A stretch of DNA of 64,000 nucleotides from Azolla caroliniana (Eukaryota; Plantae; Polypodiophyta), in NCBI GenBank assembly GCA_043228905.1, contig JBHGNT010000020.1, positions 62,001 to 126,000 on the forward strand, in the 5' to 3' direction. How positions within the stretch are numbered: position 1 is the first letter of the stretch; each line of letters begins with the position of its first letter. The position numbers and the translations under genes are program-made. The notes beneath the pieces are model-generated. The model was not told the origin of the DNA and did not search any database. It was given only the letters and a program-made list of their open reading frames with translations. Positions 1 to 13,987 of this stretch are shown piece by piece.

Positions 1-2278
1 AGAAGAAGAACGGAACGAAAGGTGGCGTCGAGGGGAGCGAAATCGGAAGTCGACCCAACCGGGGATCGAACTGGTCGCCATTTCGATTCGGATGGAGCAC
101 GATCCGGATGTGGACCATTCGACCAAAAGCGGCCCGAGACACGGAAGACAAGGGAGAGACAGTAGAGCCGATCAACAAGGGCCAGGTTTGGTATGAAGGT
201 GCCGATACGGGAGAGGGTGCAGGACGAGCCACCCTCTTTTACATGGGGAGAAAGACCGACCAAGTGAAGGTCAGGAATCGGGAAGAAGATGATTGAGGGT
301 ACGGAACGAGTCCGGCGGGATCGGCATCAGAGCCGAAACTCTGGACATTGGAGAATCAAGCCCAGGCGATGCTTGATCGATCATAGAGCGGATGCTTTCC
401 ACCGACACCACTAAAAGGGTCGGTGGCCTTGGATGAGTCATCGGGAGCCGTTTCAGAATCGGTACCCCCACATCTCATCTGGAGACTCCGGCAGCCGGCC
501 CGATAGCCGGTGTGAGACCTAGAGAGATGGAAGATGGAGGCGGGAGCACAACAATAAGGTCGACGATGAGTTCGAGTGAAGAACACAGAAGCAGAAGAAC
601 AAAGACCGGTCCTATGGGTCACCTCACACCGGGCTAGAGAGTTTGGCGGTTGGCATCGGATCCGACGTAAAACCAAGATATTGACGGTGGCGGCAGGAGA
701 ACGGGATCCGGTGATGCAGAGAGAGATCGGACAAGCCCGGATGAGAACGGGGAGAGCGGACTTCTGGATAACCGATCCTGAAGGGAGGAGGAAACAGGCC
801 TATGAAGAGACCGGAACATGGTACATCGGTACCACGGGAGAGGGTGCGGAGTGAGCCACCCTCTCGACATGCGGAGAAGGACAACCCGGGATAGGGTCGG
901 GAAAGACGAGAGGCCCAAGGAGGATCCTTCACACCAGGCCAGAGACTTCAACAATCGGCCGCGGAGACGACGTAAGACCAAGAGATTGACGGTGGTGGCG
1001 AGGGGACAAGGGCAAAGGCAAGGATGAGGCGATCCTACGATGATCCTCACACCGATCCGGAGACTTCGACAATCGGCCCAAGAGTCGGCGTGAGACCTAG
1101 AGAGAAGGACAGTGGCGGCAGGTGAACGGGATCTGACAAAGCAAGGGCCGAAAGAGCGAAAAGAGGTATAAGACCGGCGACGCGCCCACAGATCGGATAC
1201 GGACCCGATTGGCAGGGGTCAACAGGACGAAGACGGGACGCGCTTGGTACACGAGGCGGTGGCTGAGACATATCGAAGGCCGGAGAAGGATCCTCCACAC
1301 CGAGCTAGAGACTTCGGCGACTGGCATCGGATCCGACATAAGACCAAGATACTAACGGTGGCGGCAAGGGGACGAAGGCCGTAGCAGTAGAGGCACCGAG
1401 CAACCAAGGCGTCGCGAGAACAACGAAGGCTAGGCGGGCCAAAAAGGGCAAGGGTGATCCTTCGTGGGTAGCAGCACGAAAAGCTACCAAGGACACCCAA
1501 GCGGGGAGAGGTGTTTCGAGCTGAAAAGGGCACACCCTGAAGCGGATTGGAAGACGTGCGTGTGGCCATCGATGGACGAAGTAAAGCATGAGTACGGGAC
1601 GGTGTTCGGCAGAGGCGGTGCCGAGCAAGGAAGGTGGAAGACGGCACACGGTGGTGCTGGGTCGGAAACCGGGCGCAAAGAAGGATTGCACAGTTTGGTG
1701 GTCTCAGAAAGAAGGCCGGGGAGGGACCCTCCACACCGGTTCCGGAGACCTCGGCAATTCGACCGCCATGCCAACGTAAGACCGAGGAGAAGGAAGGTGG
1801 CGGCGAGGGGACGAAGGCGATGAACAATGGCACAATGGGGTTTGCTTCTGCTCGGTCTCCTATGCAAGACCCCGCTCCGCGCGACGAGCTCGAGAGCTCC
1901 CTGATCGGCGGCTTGGCAACATATTGTTGTTGTAACTTAACCTACCTTAGTCCGTCTCGAAGCCGGAGTTGTATCTTACTCTTGTACATATATAATGAAG
2001 TTTTGTGCATTTGTGTCTGTGTCTGCGTCTTCGGAGTTTCTTCTTTCCTTTTCTATACATAAATAACGTGCATTGAGTCAGTGTTGCACGTATTCTCTCT
2101 CTCTCCCGCTCTCGTGTTTGATAGCCTCCAGTACGCGTCCGGAATCATTCCGGTTTGCGCCACAACCGGTGCAATCAGGACCGGAGAGGGTCGGTCTCCC
2201 GACATCTATCTCTTCCTCATCCGGGACCCTCGTGGTCCCGCCCCTTTTGACACATACTCGTGGATTACCGCGACAACA
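1..2278 (+). mobile_element. 3' part of an LTR retroelement (long repeat-rich U3/3' region plus LTR end, Tat-like), inserted into a copia RT
   Basis: Ends in ...ccgcgacaaca (2278) exactly where the minus-strand copia RT reading (LLWLSxEEV) is cut. 450-1820 carries about 6 degenerate ~100-bp repeats (cacaccg..agagacttcggc..cgtaagaccaag..gacggtggcggc). TATA-like and T-rich sequence at 1980-2120. Left end lies outside the window; orientation is inferred. Confidence 0.6.
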
Positions 2279-5200
2279 TACTTCTTCTTATGACAGCCAC
2301 AACAGCTTCTCCGACCGGTCCTAGATTATGTGCATCCGTAATATCTATCTTGCCGGACCCAAGTCTTTCATTGAGAAGGTTCGGTTCAAAGCCTTCTTCA
2401 GCATCTGTATCTTGACTTGGTCTCGTCCAACAATTAGCATATCATCCACATAAAGGAGAAATATAAGGAAATCTCCTCCGTCAAATTTCTTCACAAACAC
2501 GCAGTGGTCAGCTTGCGTCTTGTGGTACCCTTGGTCGGTCATGAAGGAGTCGAACTTCCGATACCATTATCGGGGAACTTGCTTCAATCCGTACAAGATC
2601 TTCTTCATGTAGCACACCAGGTGCTCCTTTCCTTTCATCTCAAATCCTTCTGGTTGATGCATGTAGATCTCTTCTTCGAGGTCGCCATGTAGGAATGCCG
2701 TCTTGACGTCCAATTGCTCTACCTCGAGGTCCATGCTTGTCGCTATGCCCAATACTGCCCAGATGGATGTCATCTTTACTACTGGGGCAAAGATCTCGTC
2801 GAAATTCACACCTTTCTTCTGCTAGAACCCCTTCACCACGATCCGGGCCTTGTACCTTGGTGGATTTCCAACGTCTCCCGGTTTCAGCTTGTACACCCAC
2901 TTGTTCCGGAGTGCCCTCTTTCCTTTCGACAACTCCGTCAATTCGTATGTGTGGTTCTCATGCAGGGAATCCATCTCGTCCTACATGGCACTCAACCACT
3001 TGTGGCTATGGGTGTCTCTCTTTGCTTCTTCGAAGCTTTTCGGCTCCCCCTCATCGGTTAGCAACACATGCTCTGCATTCGGAAATCTCTGGGGGGCGCT
3101 TCTCTCTCTAAGAGGATATCTCCGACCTTGGTTTTCGGCAACCGGTTCCTCCATATGTTCCTCATCCTCATCCGATTCGGGGTCTTGTCCGGTTCTGGTT
3201 TCAGCTTCCTCTTCTTCTTCTTTGGTCGGTTCGGTTTCTGCTCCGAATCCAGCTAGTTCTTCGAGTGGCCTCTGGTTACCGACTAACATCCGGGTACGTC
3301 CTTGTGCCCTCAAGCCGGTTTTCATTGGATGATCTGGAGTTCATCACCTTCTTCTCCGACTCCTAGTTAGCAATGGTCTTGTCTTCCATGAGGACTATGT
3401 CCCGACTCCGGAACACCTTCTTGTCAACCAGATCCCACACCCAATAACCAAACTCATCATCGTCGTATCCAAGGAATATGCATGGTTGGGTCTTCAGATC
3501 CAACTTTGCTTTCTTGTCCTTCGCAACATGCACATATGCGAGACACCCGAACACCTTCAAATGCCGTTAAGACACGTCTTTACCGGTCCATACTCTTTGT
3601 GGTGTGTCTCCGTCCAAGGGTGTTGAGGGTGATCTGTTTATCACATAAGCCGTCGTCATCAACGCCTAAACCCAAAATGTCTTGGGTAGCTTTGCATGTG
3701 CCAGCATGCTTCGGACTCTCTCCATCACGGTCTGGTTCATCCGTTCGGCCAGTCCGTTTAGTTCCGGCGTCTTCGGCACAGTGAATTCGAGTTGGATTCC
3801 CTTCGACCGGCAGTACTCCTCGAATTGCCCCCGGTACTCTCCTCCGTTATCTGTTCGAACCGCTTTCACCTTCCGGCCGGTTTCTCTTTCCACTCTCGCA
3901 TGGAGTTCCTTGAAGACAGACAACACCTGATCCTTCGTCTTCAACGGTGAGACCCGCAACTTCCGGTTGTGGTCATCTATGAACGTCACGAAGTACTGCA
4001 ATTCGGCATGTGACTTCGTGTCGACTTGACACGCATCGGTATGCACCAACTCCAGTGGTGCATTCCGTCTCATCGGTGGTCTTGACCGGAAGGAGGTTTG
4101 GTTTTGTTTGCCGGCCAAGCAATCGGTGCACTTCTCAAGATGCATGTCTTTCACCTTCGGAATGACGTTGTCTTCGGCAAGTCTCCTCATCCCCTTCTAG
4201 CTCATATGGCACAACCTCTTGTGCCACAACTCACCGGCAACGTCAGATGCTACATTCACTTCTTTCCGGCATATCCGGGCGTGCATCAGGTACAATGTGT
4301 TGATCTTCCGGGCTCTAGCCATGATCAGGCTTCCTTTGCTGAACTTCATGGCTCCATTCCGGATGCTACCCTTGTAGCCTTCATCATCTAGCTGACCAGC
4401 TGATATCAGGTTCAACCGAACCTTCGGAACGTGTCGGACATCCTTCAACAGCAATTTGCATCCGGTTGATGTCGTCTACAACACATCTCCTATGCTGACA
4501 ATTCGGCATGTACCTTCATTCCCCATCTGGACACAACCATGATCTCCAGCTATGTAGGATGAGAAGCACCTCCGGTCCGGTGTTAGGTGAAACGACACTC
4601 CGGAATCGACAACCCACGTTGTCTCATCGCCGACAAGGTTTACCTCATTCTCTCGGTAATGAGCATCAATTCTTCTTCTCTTGTCGCGATTGCTAACGTT
4701 CCCTTCCGATCCGAGCCTTTCCAATCTGAACCCTTCTTCGAATCAGCAATGCCAATTTCTTTCTCTTTTTGGAAATGCTGACAGTTCTTCTGGAAATGCC
4801 CCGGCTTCCCACAATACAAGCAAGTAGGCCTCCCAATTGACTTCGACCTTGTCCCCGACTTGTCCCGGTTTTGGGGACTCTAATACCGGCCTCTTCCCCG
4901 GTTGTGGTCATCTTCCATAACCAAGGCCTAGTCCTTTCGGCGAGCTTCTTCATCTAGCAAGCTTCATTTTACTCTTGCTAGGGACAACTACTTTCCTTCC
5001 AGCCCGGCGTTGCCCAATGTGACAACTAACGTCTCCCAACTATTCGGGAGGGAGGGAACCAAGCAGGAGCAATGCGAGTACCCCATCCGCGAGAGGTACT
5101 TCCAACGAGGTGGCTTGGTGTATTAGCCCCTGGAAAGGCATTCATGTGCTCTACCATACTGGAGTCATCTTGGTACCGGAGCCTCACCAACTTCCGGAAT

Positions 5201-5884
5201 ACCAAAATCCGATTAACGACATTTTTATTCTGGAACATGATGTCGATCTTCTCCCAAAGTTCATGAGCCTTACTTTCTTCATTGAAGTTGTTGTACAGGC
5301 TCATGTCGATGAAGCACCGGATGTATGTCATCATCTTCATGTGCATCACCTCCCATGTCGTGGCATCGATCTTATCTGATTTCTTGTCCCCAAACTATCC
5401 ATGCAACCAAAGATCTTTAACCCCCAGCATGTCCCTCATCTTCAATTTCCACACTAAGTAGTTGGAGCTGGTGAGCTCATCTTCAACTATCACTATGAGG
5501 GGGAGGAATACAATGTGAGACTCAGAGGCAACGACCTCGAGCTCTATGTCTTCGCCAAACCGGTGGTTACAACAGAAAACTAGTTCTGTATCTCTCTCAC
5601 TCTCTGTGTATACAACAACTCTAAATCGTCATCATCATAAAGTGATTGCCCTAAGTCATATTTATACTTATAGGACTTTTGGGCTATTTACAAATATAGC
5701 TTTAGTGAGCTTATCCTAACATATTTACAAATATGTCCTTGGATCCAGTTCGCACCGGTTCCATCCGGATTCACTGGTTTCGGTTTTCGGAACCCTTCCG
5801 AATCCGGCTTCTTCATCCAACTTGTCCAATCCGGCTTGTCCGGTTCCTATCTGGATCCCATTTGGAGGGACCAAATTCCCAACA
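2279..5884 (-). mobile_element. Degenerate Ty1/copia retrotransposon (5' LTR, gag, protease, integrase, partial RT)
   Basis: Minus-strand fragments: gag (ELTSSNYLVWKLKMRD; CLYCGKPGH knuckle), protease WVVDSG, integrase (LVHTDAC, VRTDNGGEY, NGLAERMN), RT (FAPVVKMTS, LLYVDDML, MKDLGPAR). Many stops and frameshifts. Confidence 0.92.
5482..5884 (-). repeat. 5' LTR of the minus-strand copia (U5 end and PBS deleted)
   Basis: Starts TGTTGGGAATTTGGTCCCTCC on the minus strand; homologous to solo LTRs at 20095-20605 and 35040-35941; joined directly to gag. Confidence 0.75.
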
Positions 5885-6555
5885 GTCTAATATGATAAAG
5901 GGCCTGGAGGATGAGGACGAATTGGAGATAACCAGTTCCAAGAAGATTTGGAATGAATCGGAGGTAGCCGATTCGGAGGACCCGAATGAACAGAAAACAG
6001 ATGACAAAGTAGCGGAAGTCGACGCCTACACAGAGGAATTGACTGGTCGAGAAGCACCGAATTCACAACAACGAAGGAGCTGAGATGGGTCGGTCTTATG
6101 AGCAGACAAGCCGACCGAGAAGGTCGAGGTGCACGGAACCGTACGGGTTGATGAGCGTGAGCAAGGGGGGAAGACAGCAGGAGGAGCCGAAGGGCAGGAC
6201 CGGTAGACACTGGCATGACGACCTGACCTCAAGTTGAGCTTGAGGGAGAGTGTTGAGCGAGCAAGTTCAACATGATCCGGATCGGCTGAATAAGCCAAGA
6301 AATGGATCGGTGTTCAAAATGAAGAGTTGGATCGGTGTTTGGACCTGAGTGTAACTAGTAGGCTGTTAGAGGCCTACGATCCTAGCGTAGTACTTCTGTC
6401 AGTCCTTTTAAGGACTTATATAAAAGTGCTCACAGAGCACATTGTATGTACAGAGTGATATTTTGAATTGGAGGTTTTGTTGTTTGCTCTCTCTATCTCT
6501 ATCTCTGTCTCTCCATCTGTGTTTTCTGTTGTTATCCAGTCGAGTCAGTTGAGGT
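5885..6555 (+). mobile_element. 3' remnant of copia family A (Pol tail, PPT, partial 3' LTR from 6251)
   Basis: Peptide KIWNESEVADSE resembles KSWNESETADSD at ~19170. PPT ttgagggagag is followed by TGTTGAGC LTR sequence homologous to 13988-14399. Confidence 0.8.
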
Positions 6556-9500
6556 CTATTTAGCTTCCGTATTACTTCTTTTATGCATCCATCGAGCCAA
6601 TCTTCCTATCAATGATTGCTTTGTTACCAAGTATAACAAGGTCGAGTGATCGATGTGGAAAGTGAATTTTCGGTTGAGACGGTAATGCACAAACTTGATA
6701 ATGTTGTAAATCATGACGAGCGCTTCTCTCTCCGTGGTCAAATAATTCCTTTTAGCAGCCGAGAGACGTTCGCTAGCATAGTAGACTGGTTAGTACCAAT
6801 TCGGAGGCGTCATTTGCATTAAGGCTCTCTCGATGGCCACGTTGGAAAGGTTGTGACCAATCGGGTGGTTGCACAACCGGTGCGTGAGACAACATGATTT
6901 TTAAGTCCTCATATGGTTCATCCTCGGTTGCGGTCCATCATAAATCCGTTCTGTGAATTGCCGCATGTAACGGAGTTGAGAAATTGGCCAAGTATCGTAG
7001 CATTCGACTATGCCATTGAATTTTCACATTTCGTTAAATGCGCATTTTGTTAAACCGCTGGATACATTAAATGCACATTTCGCCGGATTAAGGCTTAGGC
7101 GAGCTATCCAACATTCCAAGAATAGGCGTAAATGGTTGAGATGCTCAAGTTGGCGGCTGTAAACAACAAAATCATCTAGAAATACTTACATAAAGGCCGG
7201 TCTATAGTGACCGAAAATCTCAGTGATGATACGTTGAAATGTGGCAGGAGCCGTCTTCAGACCAAATATCATTACTACTACCACGAAAACACCCCACTTG
7301 GTAATGAATGTTGTCTGCTCCTGGTCCTCGGGGTGCATTCGGATCTAATTGTAACCACTGAAGCCATCCAGAAAATTGTAACTCTCATGGCTTGGCACCG
7401 CATCCAATACACCGTCTATAAAGGGAAGGGGGAAGGCATCAGTAATCGTTTCGGCATTAAGTTTTTGATAGTCGATGCAAACCCTTATTTTTCCGTTTTT
7501 CTTCGTAATGACTACTATTGGGCTAAGCCACATGGCGTGTTTGACTGGCCAAATGAACCCAACTCAGATGATTTTATCGATTTCTTCTTTTACTTTCGCG
7601 CGTAATTCGGGTTCATCCGATAGCAACACTGATGCGTTGGTCTAGCATCTTGCTTTAGATGAATTTGATGTTGGTAGTAGTGAGGATCCATGCCTTTCAT
7701 ATCACTATAAGACCAAGCGAAGACATCTTTATACTCAGAGAGAAAGCTTACCAATGCCGAACGCTCGTCACGAGCAAGCTCCTTCGCGATTTTCAATGGC
7801 CATGATTCCTCGATTATGTCGAGGTTGAGTTCCTTGAGCGTTGAAACCTTCACCCATTGAGATATTGCCAATTTCCGTTCTAAGGCTTCACGGGCATTCT
7901 AGAATCCCTCCACTAACTTCGGGTCAAGTTCTCAGCTTGCATCCTACTCCTGCTCCGTTGGTTTGGAGATATAAGGGTTGATTGCTTCCACGATATCGAT
8001 GCCAAATAGAGGGATCCTCGAGGTAGTTGTCGACTTCGTCATCCACTAATCCGTCAAGCATATGGACACCTTCGGAGTATAGAGGGGTAGTGTCCTTTGG
8101 TGTGGGCAGATGCTCTTCGGTGACGACGCGGATTTTGGTCTTCCCTCGTCAGAACAAGATCATATTTCGCTATAAATGTTGCTTGATATTCACAGTGCAT
8201 AACCACGGTTAGCCAAGCAGCATAGGGTAGGTACCGAACGCTTCAAGACGTAAAACCACCGCCGAGATCGTGAAATTGTGGCCTTCGAGGATGAAATCAA
8301 GTTTTCGAATAAGGTCGAGAGGTCGAACGAAATGGGTGTCCGCCATGCATAACCAAAATGGGCAAGGCTCCTAGTGTGTAAGGCCGAGCGGTCTGGAAGT
8401 CTTCTCGTTGATGACGTTGAATCCATATCCTCCATCGACTATACACCTGCTTAGTTCGCGCCCTTTGATTATTAGCTTCACTACAGGGTTCTGCATGTCC
8501 ATTACTGGCAGAGTGTTGTTCGATTCGGTTAGGTGTACCAAGATGTTCAGTTGTTCCTTGTTGGTGGTCAGGGATACAACCGTGGCCTTGAAACGAGCAA
8601 GTAAGTACAAAAGCTTGTTGAGTTGCATTGATATTTGACAACTAATTAGTGCTTCCCAAATCGTATCCTTGTCGGAAAGCTCGGTAAATGCTAACAAAGA
8701 AGCCACAACACCTATAGTCATATCTTGCATTTCGTTGTTCATTCGACCGATGTTCGCGTTGTTGGCTTTTTCGATCCATTCTTTAACTGCTTGTCAAACC
8801 TCATCCCGAACCTCCCACTGTGTTTGTTATGCCTTGCTTCATGTCGTTACTTGTTGTACCTCGATCGTGATGGAGTTTACTGTGGGGCCTTTGCCACAAT
8901 CCTTTGCCAGGGATTGAGTAGCGTAGTGTCCCGATTGATTATAGTTAAAGCACATGACCGAGGTGAATTTGCTAGACTCCCCTTGCTCAATTTGAGAAGA
9001 TTGAGTTAGACTCCCCTTGCTCGATTTGAGAAGATTGAGTTTGACGAGGAGGGTCATTGCGGGGCGATGTGTCATATTGTGGCGATATGCGGTGATCATT
9101 CCGGTTGGGAGGAGGATGACGGTAATCCGACCGAGTATCTCGGCGCCGATTGTCCGAGGAGCGTCGATTATTTCCATGTTGTTGACTGTTGTGGAAGCGA
9201 TTATTATGTGGAGTTCTTCGCTCCTACCGTGATTCAGGGTGGTATCGAGGCTCATATTCCTCTTCACGGTTGTAGTTGTATCGATAGCGGTCGTAGTTTC
9301 CTTGAACGGATCGATAACGATCTTCCACTGGCATATAACGGTCCTCCACTAGCCGATAGTGGTCCTCATATGGCTAATAGTGATCTTTGTAACGAGGTCG
9401 CTCGACGTCCTGAAATTGAGGCGGTGACTGGTGGTCACGATCATCATGTCGGGGATGATTGTGGCGTGGTTCGATCTGTCGAACTGGGGCGGTGGTAGCG

Positions 9501-10590
9501 CGGTTGAACACATTGTACTCACATTGGTTGACAGTGTGAGCTCGGCAATGGCAGATTGGGCAAGGTGAGTGTAGAGTGCATTCCACTGCTGAGTGTCCGG
9601 ATTGCCGGCAAGTGGTGCATTGAATGGCCTACCGGAATTGGGCTTCTTCGGTTGTTCGTAAAACGCCTCAGAGGGAGCTCATGGAGAGGGAGCTACTGTT
9701 TTGGGCGCTATCCATCGCGAGGACGCGATCAACGACTTCCTTGATTGTTTGTTGAGAGAAATAGATGAGGGTTAAGGTGGTTCAAAGGGGCTCATGAAGG
9801 GCCACAAGGAAGGTGTCTTTTAGGTTATCATCCGAGATTTCCTGAGCTAGTTGACAATAGAGGTTTTGAAATCGAATCATAAATTGTGGGATCATTTCGT
9901 GAGGCGCCTACGCTATTACGTAGAACTGGCTGAGTAGTTCCCTCTTGGGTATTTGCCAATGGAAGAGTCGGATGAAACGGTCGCATATGGCGTGAGAGGA
10001 AGCAAACTCCCCCAAATCGTGTTGGGCGTACCAGTGCGCTACCTACCCATCGAGGGAGAAACCAAACTCGGTGATTTTCAATGTTTCGGCATCCGCATCA
10101 CCCAATCGTTGTGGCACATGGGTCACTAGCCATGTGGTCAAGATGGCTCTGACATGTGCCTCCGCATCAGCACCATATATGTATCTCGGATACGGATACG
10201 GCATCGTGTCGAAGTGGGGTTCTTCTGGGATCACCGGGAAGAGTTTTTCTTATGGTTGGTCGACTTTGGATGCATTGTTAGGTGAGGCGGGATCGTGACT
10301 TGCGGTTGATTGGGCATTCGATTTCGGCGGCGGTGATTGCTCTATGAGATTCGAGTCGGTAGTGTTGGCTGCTTGTTCGGCACGTTGGCACGTTGGGACG
10401 TTGGCCGAGTGCATGTGCTCTGGGGAGGCGCCGTTACGGCGACTAGGGTTGTCTCCTACGCATGTTCACTGTGACCTCATAACGTGAACCAGGCGTGCCA
10501 AATTGTGTGGCTCCCTCCTGGAGAACACCTTTGATTACTCCTCTTGAGTAATTGGGTCAAGGAATGTGGTGCGTAGAGATGTAAATCTCG
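6556..10590 (-). mobile_element. Degenerate Ty3/gypsy (non-chromovirus, Tat/Phygy-like) element, truncated in RNase H
   Basis: PBS-like TGGCACGCC at ~10492-10500 (minus). Gag YPYPRY..DAEAHVRA, knuckle CPICHCRAHTVNQC, protease IVDGG, RT WLSPIVVITKKNGKIRVCIDYQKLN and LDGFSGYN, RNase H TTEREAL. Confidence 0.88.
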
Positions 10591-10593
10591 AGT

Positions 10594-12090
10594 CTAATAA
10601 GAGGTGATGTGGTCCGCCACAAACCTCCGGCATCCGTCCGGCTCAACCGATTCATCCTTATCTTCCACCGGACATCCCTTGATCAGGATGTCGTCCAAGA
10701 ATGGCATGGTGATATCTGGGAAGCAGTCCCTCAGCACCTTGTTCATTGCATTCATCATGTGTGCCACCGAGTTGGTCCCTCCTTGCGGCAGGGTACACAT
10801 TTGTACTAAGCCGAGAGGGGTTCGCATAGTCATAATATCCCTGCTCTCGATGGCTAGTTGGAATTGGTCATATCCTAATTACAAATTGCCAATCAAGTAG
10901 ATCGACCTTCCAATGAAGGCCTCCGCGAATTCATCAATGGTTGGCCCTATTCCTGCATCTCAAATGGTCACTTTGTTAACCGGCTGCAGGTCCTAAATGA
11001 AGCGCAACGTGTCGTTCTTCTTCAGCACGGTAAACCACCGGTTTGAATATGGAGCACTCGATGGCTCGAGAATTCCTATCTCCACCTTCTCTGCTTCAGC
11101 AACCCTATCAGCTTCATGATGTGAGCTCTAGGTACCGGAATTGGTTTGAGATTCCACGGCACATGTGGTACCGTGAAGATAACCATCGGCTCTACGATTG
11201 TTGGGTCGACGCACCCAATCTTCTCCGGTGAGAATGTGAAGGCCTTCACATGCCTCCCGAGCATCCTCCGAAACCGGTCCTCTTGCATGGGCAAAAGGAA
11301 GCCACCCCCACCGATCTTCAGCTTCCGTAGCGTCTCGTCGGTGAACCGGTTCCCTATACCGGCCGGATTCCACAAACTTGGCTCTGACGCGACCCCTTTC
11401 ATTTGCTCCTTGCTGCTCTCCGGCAAGGGAGCCGCGACTGGCCTCACCTTCCGGTCCACAGTCTTGCACCTCATGTCTCCCCGAAGTCCGCAATGACTTC
11501 GTATTTCAATGGAACCGGCCAGAATCACCCGGTCTTCGCTTAAGTCTTCCTCGACTACCTTCCCAATCTCTCCAAGGGTATCGTCGAATGAGACCGCCTC
11601 CATAATGCCGCTAATTTCATCGTTGAAACAAAGGGCACCGCACACCCTTAAACACTCTTCTACTTGCTTCTTTCTCCGCCCGCTGATGTCGGTTATGGTA
11701 CAACCTCCGTTGTCGGAGAAACAAAATTTCCTACCCATGGTACATGTGTGGGGTTTCTCCGGGGTGTCCGGACTATCGCGGCCCCACGCCTTGATAGCCC
11801 TCTCTAAAAATCCTCTCGGCCGTCACTGCCGAGAGACTCGCAGTTCTGCTCATGGTTCAGTCATACCGCCCATCTTGGCTCTTCACCCGCGCGTACGCCG
11901 AACCGTTGTCCAACACTTTGGTCTCCATACGGGCTACCATAATGTAGGGCTCACCGAGAATTATTGGGTGAGAGCACGTCTCTTGCACAAAAAGTGTTGG
12001 TCTATCTCAATGTCGCCAATCTTTACGCATACATTTGGGCATGCTCCGTGTACTTCTTCCATAGCGCGCGTAGCCGCACTGTCGTAGTGT
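10594..12090 (-). mobile_element. Ty3/gypsy pol fragment (protease end to RT) of a second family
   Basis: KTVDRKVRPV, PMVIFTVPHVPWNLKPIPVP, TPLGLVQMCTLPQGGTNSVAHM and PFLDD motifs; degenerate. Confidence 0.85.
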
Positions 12091-13987
12091 ATTTCGTACA
12101 CTACGTGAAAAACGTATAGAGTACTAGATTCAATGAACATGAAGAAATAGAAGAAAATATTAAAATATATATTACATATATAGGGCAAGATTTGAAACTT
12201 GTACCTCCATGTTAATAATTTGACACCTTACCATTACACTAACACATCATAAGTGTTAGAAATAAATATTATTTCACACATATTTTCTAGGAAAAAGCTT
12301 TAGTTAGAAGGAAAACGCATTATAGAAAAAAAGTTACACATGCACATTTAGCATGCATGAACACTATAGTCGATAAAAAATGCATGAGGTTAGAAAAAGC
12401 ATGATTACTTTTAGAAAAAGCATGTTCGAGAAAGCATATAGTCCCGGGTAGCAGAGGCACCACCGCACCCCAATGCCCAAGAAATCGCCAGGAAGCTCAA
12501 TATGGACACAGTTACGAATGCCAGCATCAGAAAGAAGCTGGGTTTGACGATGGTAGGAGAGAAACATTTCGAGATTCCCCCTGCAGAAGACTTGGAAAGA
12601 TATTTTAGAGAGTACTCAACCTCCGCCAAAGCCTACAGAACAAAGGACATTTCGAACGCTTTTTTCCGGGAGGTGGCAAAACTTTTATTGGAAGTCGGTT
12701 GCGTCCATGTGAACGCTTACGGGATGCCGAAGCAGAAAGTCGGCATCGTCATCAACACATTCGAAGGCCGTGTCATGGATTGGGGAGTAATCACGAGCCC
12801 AACGTTAAGAGATGGCTTGCCCACCTTTCAGGTCAGGAAGAAGCTACATCCAATAATACAGCAGTACTTAACTGTGTTGTTTCCTCCCCGAGGACTGCCC
12901 GCACCGGATACAAGACTCATGCCTCCACCTCGGGCCGTGAAATGGCGATTAACGGACCTGGTGACGAAGGAATAGGAGGAGGAACCAAACCCTCCCACGT
13001 CGAAATGGCGTCGACGCAAGAGGAGGGGCAAGCCAATCGAGTTGATTTCGGAGAAGCGCCAACTACGGCCGAATAGGAACAACAAGAGCCGAGCCACAGT
13101 AGCCCTAGGCCTAAGCGTCGACAGTTGGATCGCAAGGATGGTCACGAACTGGTAAAGAATGCAGACGCACAGGTGGAAGAGTGCGCGCCCACGGAGCCCA
13201 CATCTACACTGAAGCTCATCCGCGAGCCGCAACCAATCATAACGCCACAATCGCAAAGCGGAAAAGGTGTGCTTATGGCAAAAAGTGAAGTGTTACACTA
13301 TCCAGACATTCCGGATACGGCCCATGAGTTTGGCGCATTGTTACAATTTGGGACGACATATGAACTCATGGAATTCCTGATGACACAGTAGATCATGGTG
13401 TCCCAACGAATGGCCGAGGAGCATGTTGAACAGCAGATGATTGAGCGTGCACTAACACATATGGTGGAGAGCGAAGATGAGGGTCCACTAACAAAAGTGG
13501 GCCAAAAACGTAATGCAGGGGTCCGGCGGGTTGGAATTGAATTGACTCCCCTGAATGCTGCATTAGTGGAGATTCATTGGGAGTTAGCAAAAGTGAGCCT
13601 GGATGCCAAAGATATGGCAATAAAAAATAAAAATGTTTGGAAAACAGTAAAAGTGACCCAGGAACAATTGAACAAGGCGCAGGAGCGCATTGTGCAACTA
13701 GAGAACAATGCGGCCAGTACGCAACCCCCTCCAGCCCTTGCCCCGCACGACACGGAAGTTTAGACGCTAAGGGAAGAGGTAGAGGCCCAAGCAGCACTCA
13801 CGGCAAACGCAAAAAGGGCTACGAAGCTAGCCGAAACGAAGATTGACCGCCTCAAATCAGAGCTCCGCCAATCATCTGACAGAGAAGCAGACATGAGGGT
13901 GAAAGGACGCAAGGTGGTCAAAACACTTCAAGATAAGCTCGATGCAGAGGTAGTGGCACATGGCCGAACAAAGGAAGAGAAGGAAAA

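Noticed and set aside
108-2324. Many overlapping ORFs on both strands
   Set aside because: GC-rich repetitive retroelement sequence with no recognisable domains.
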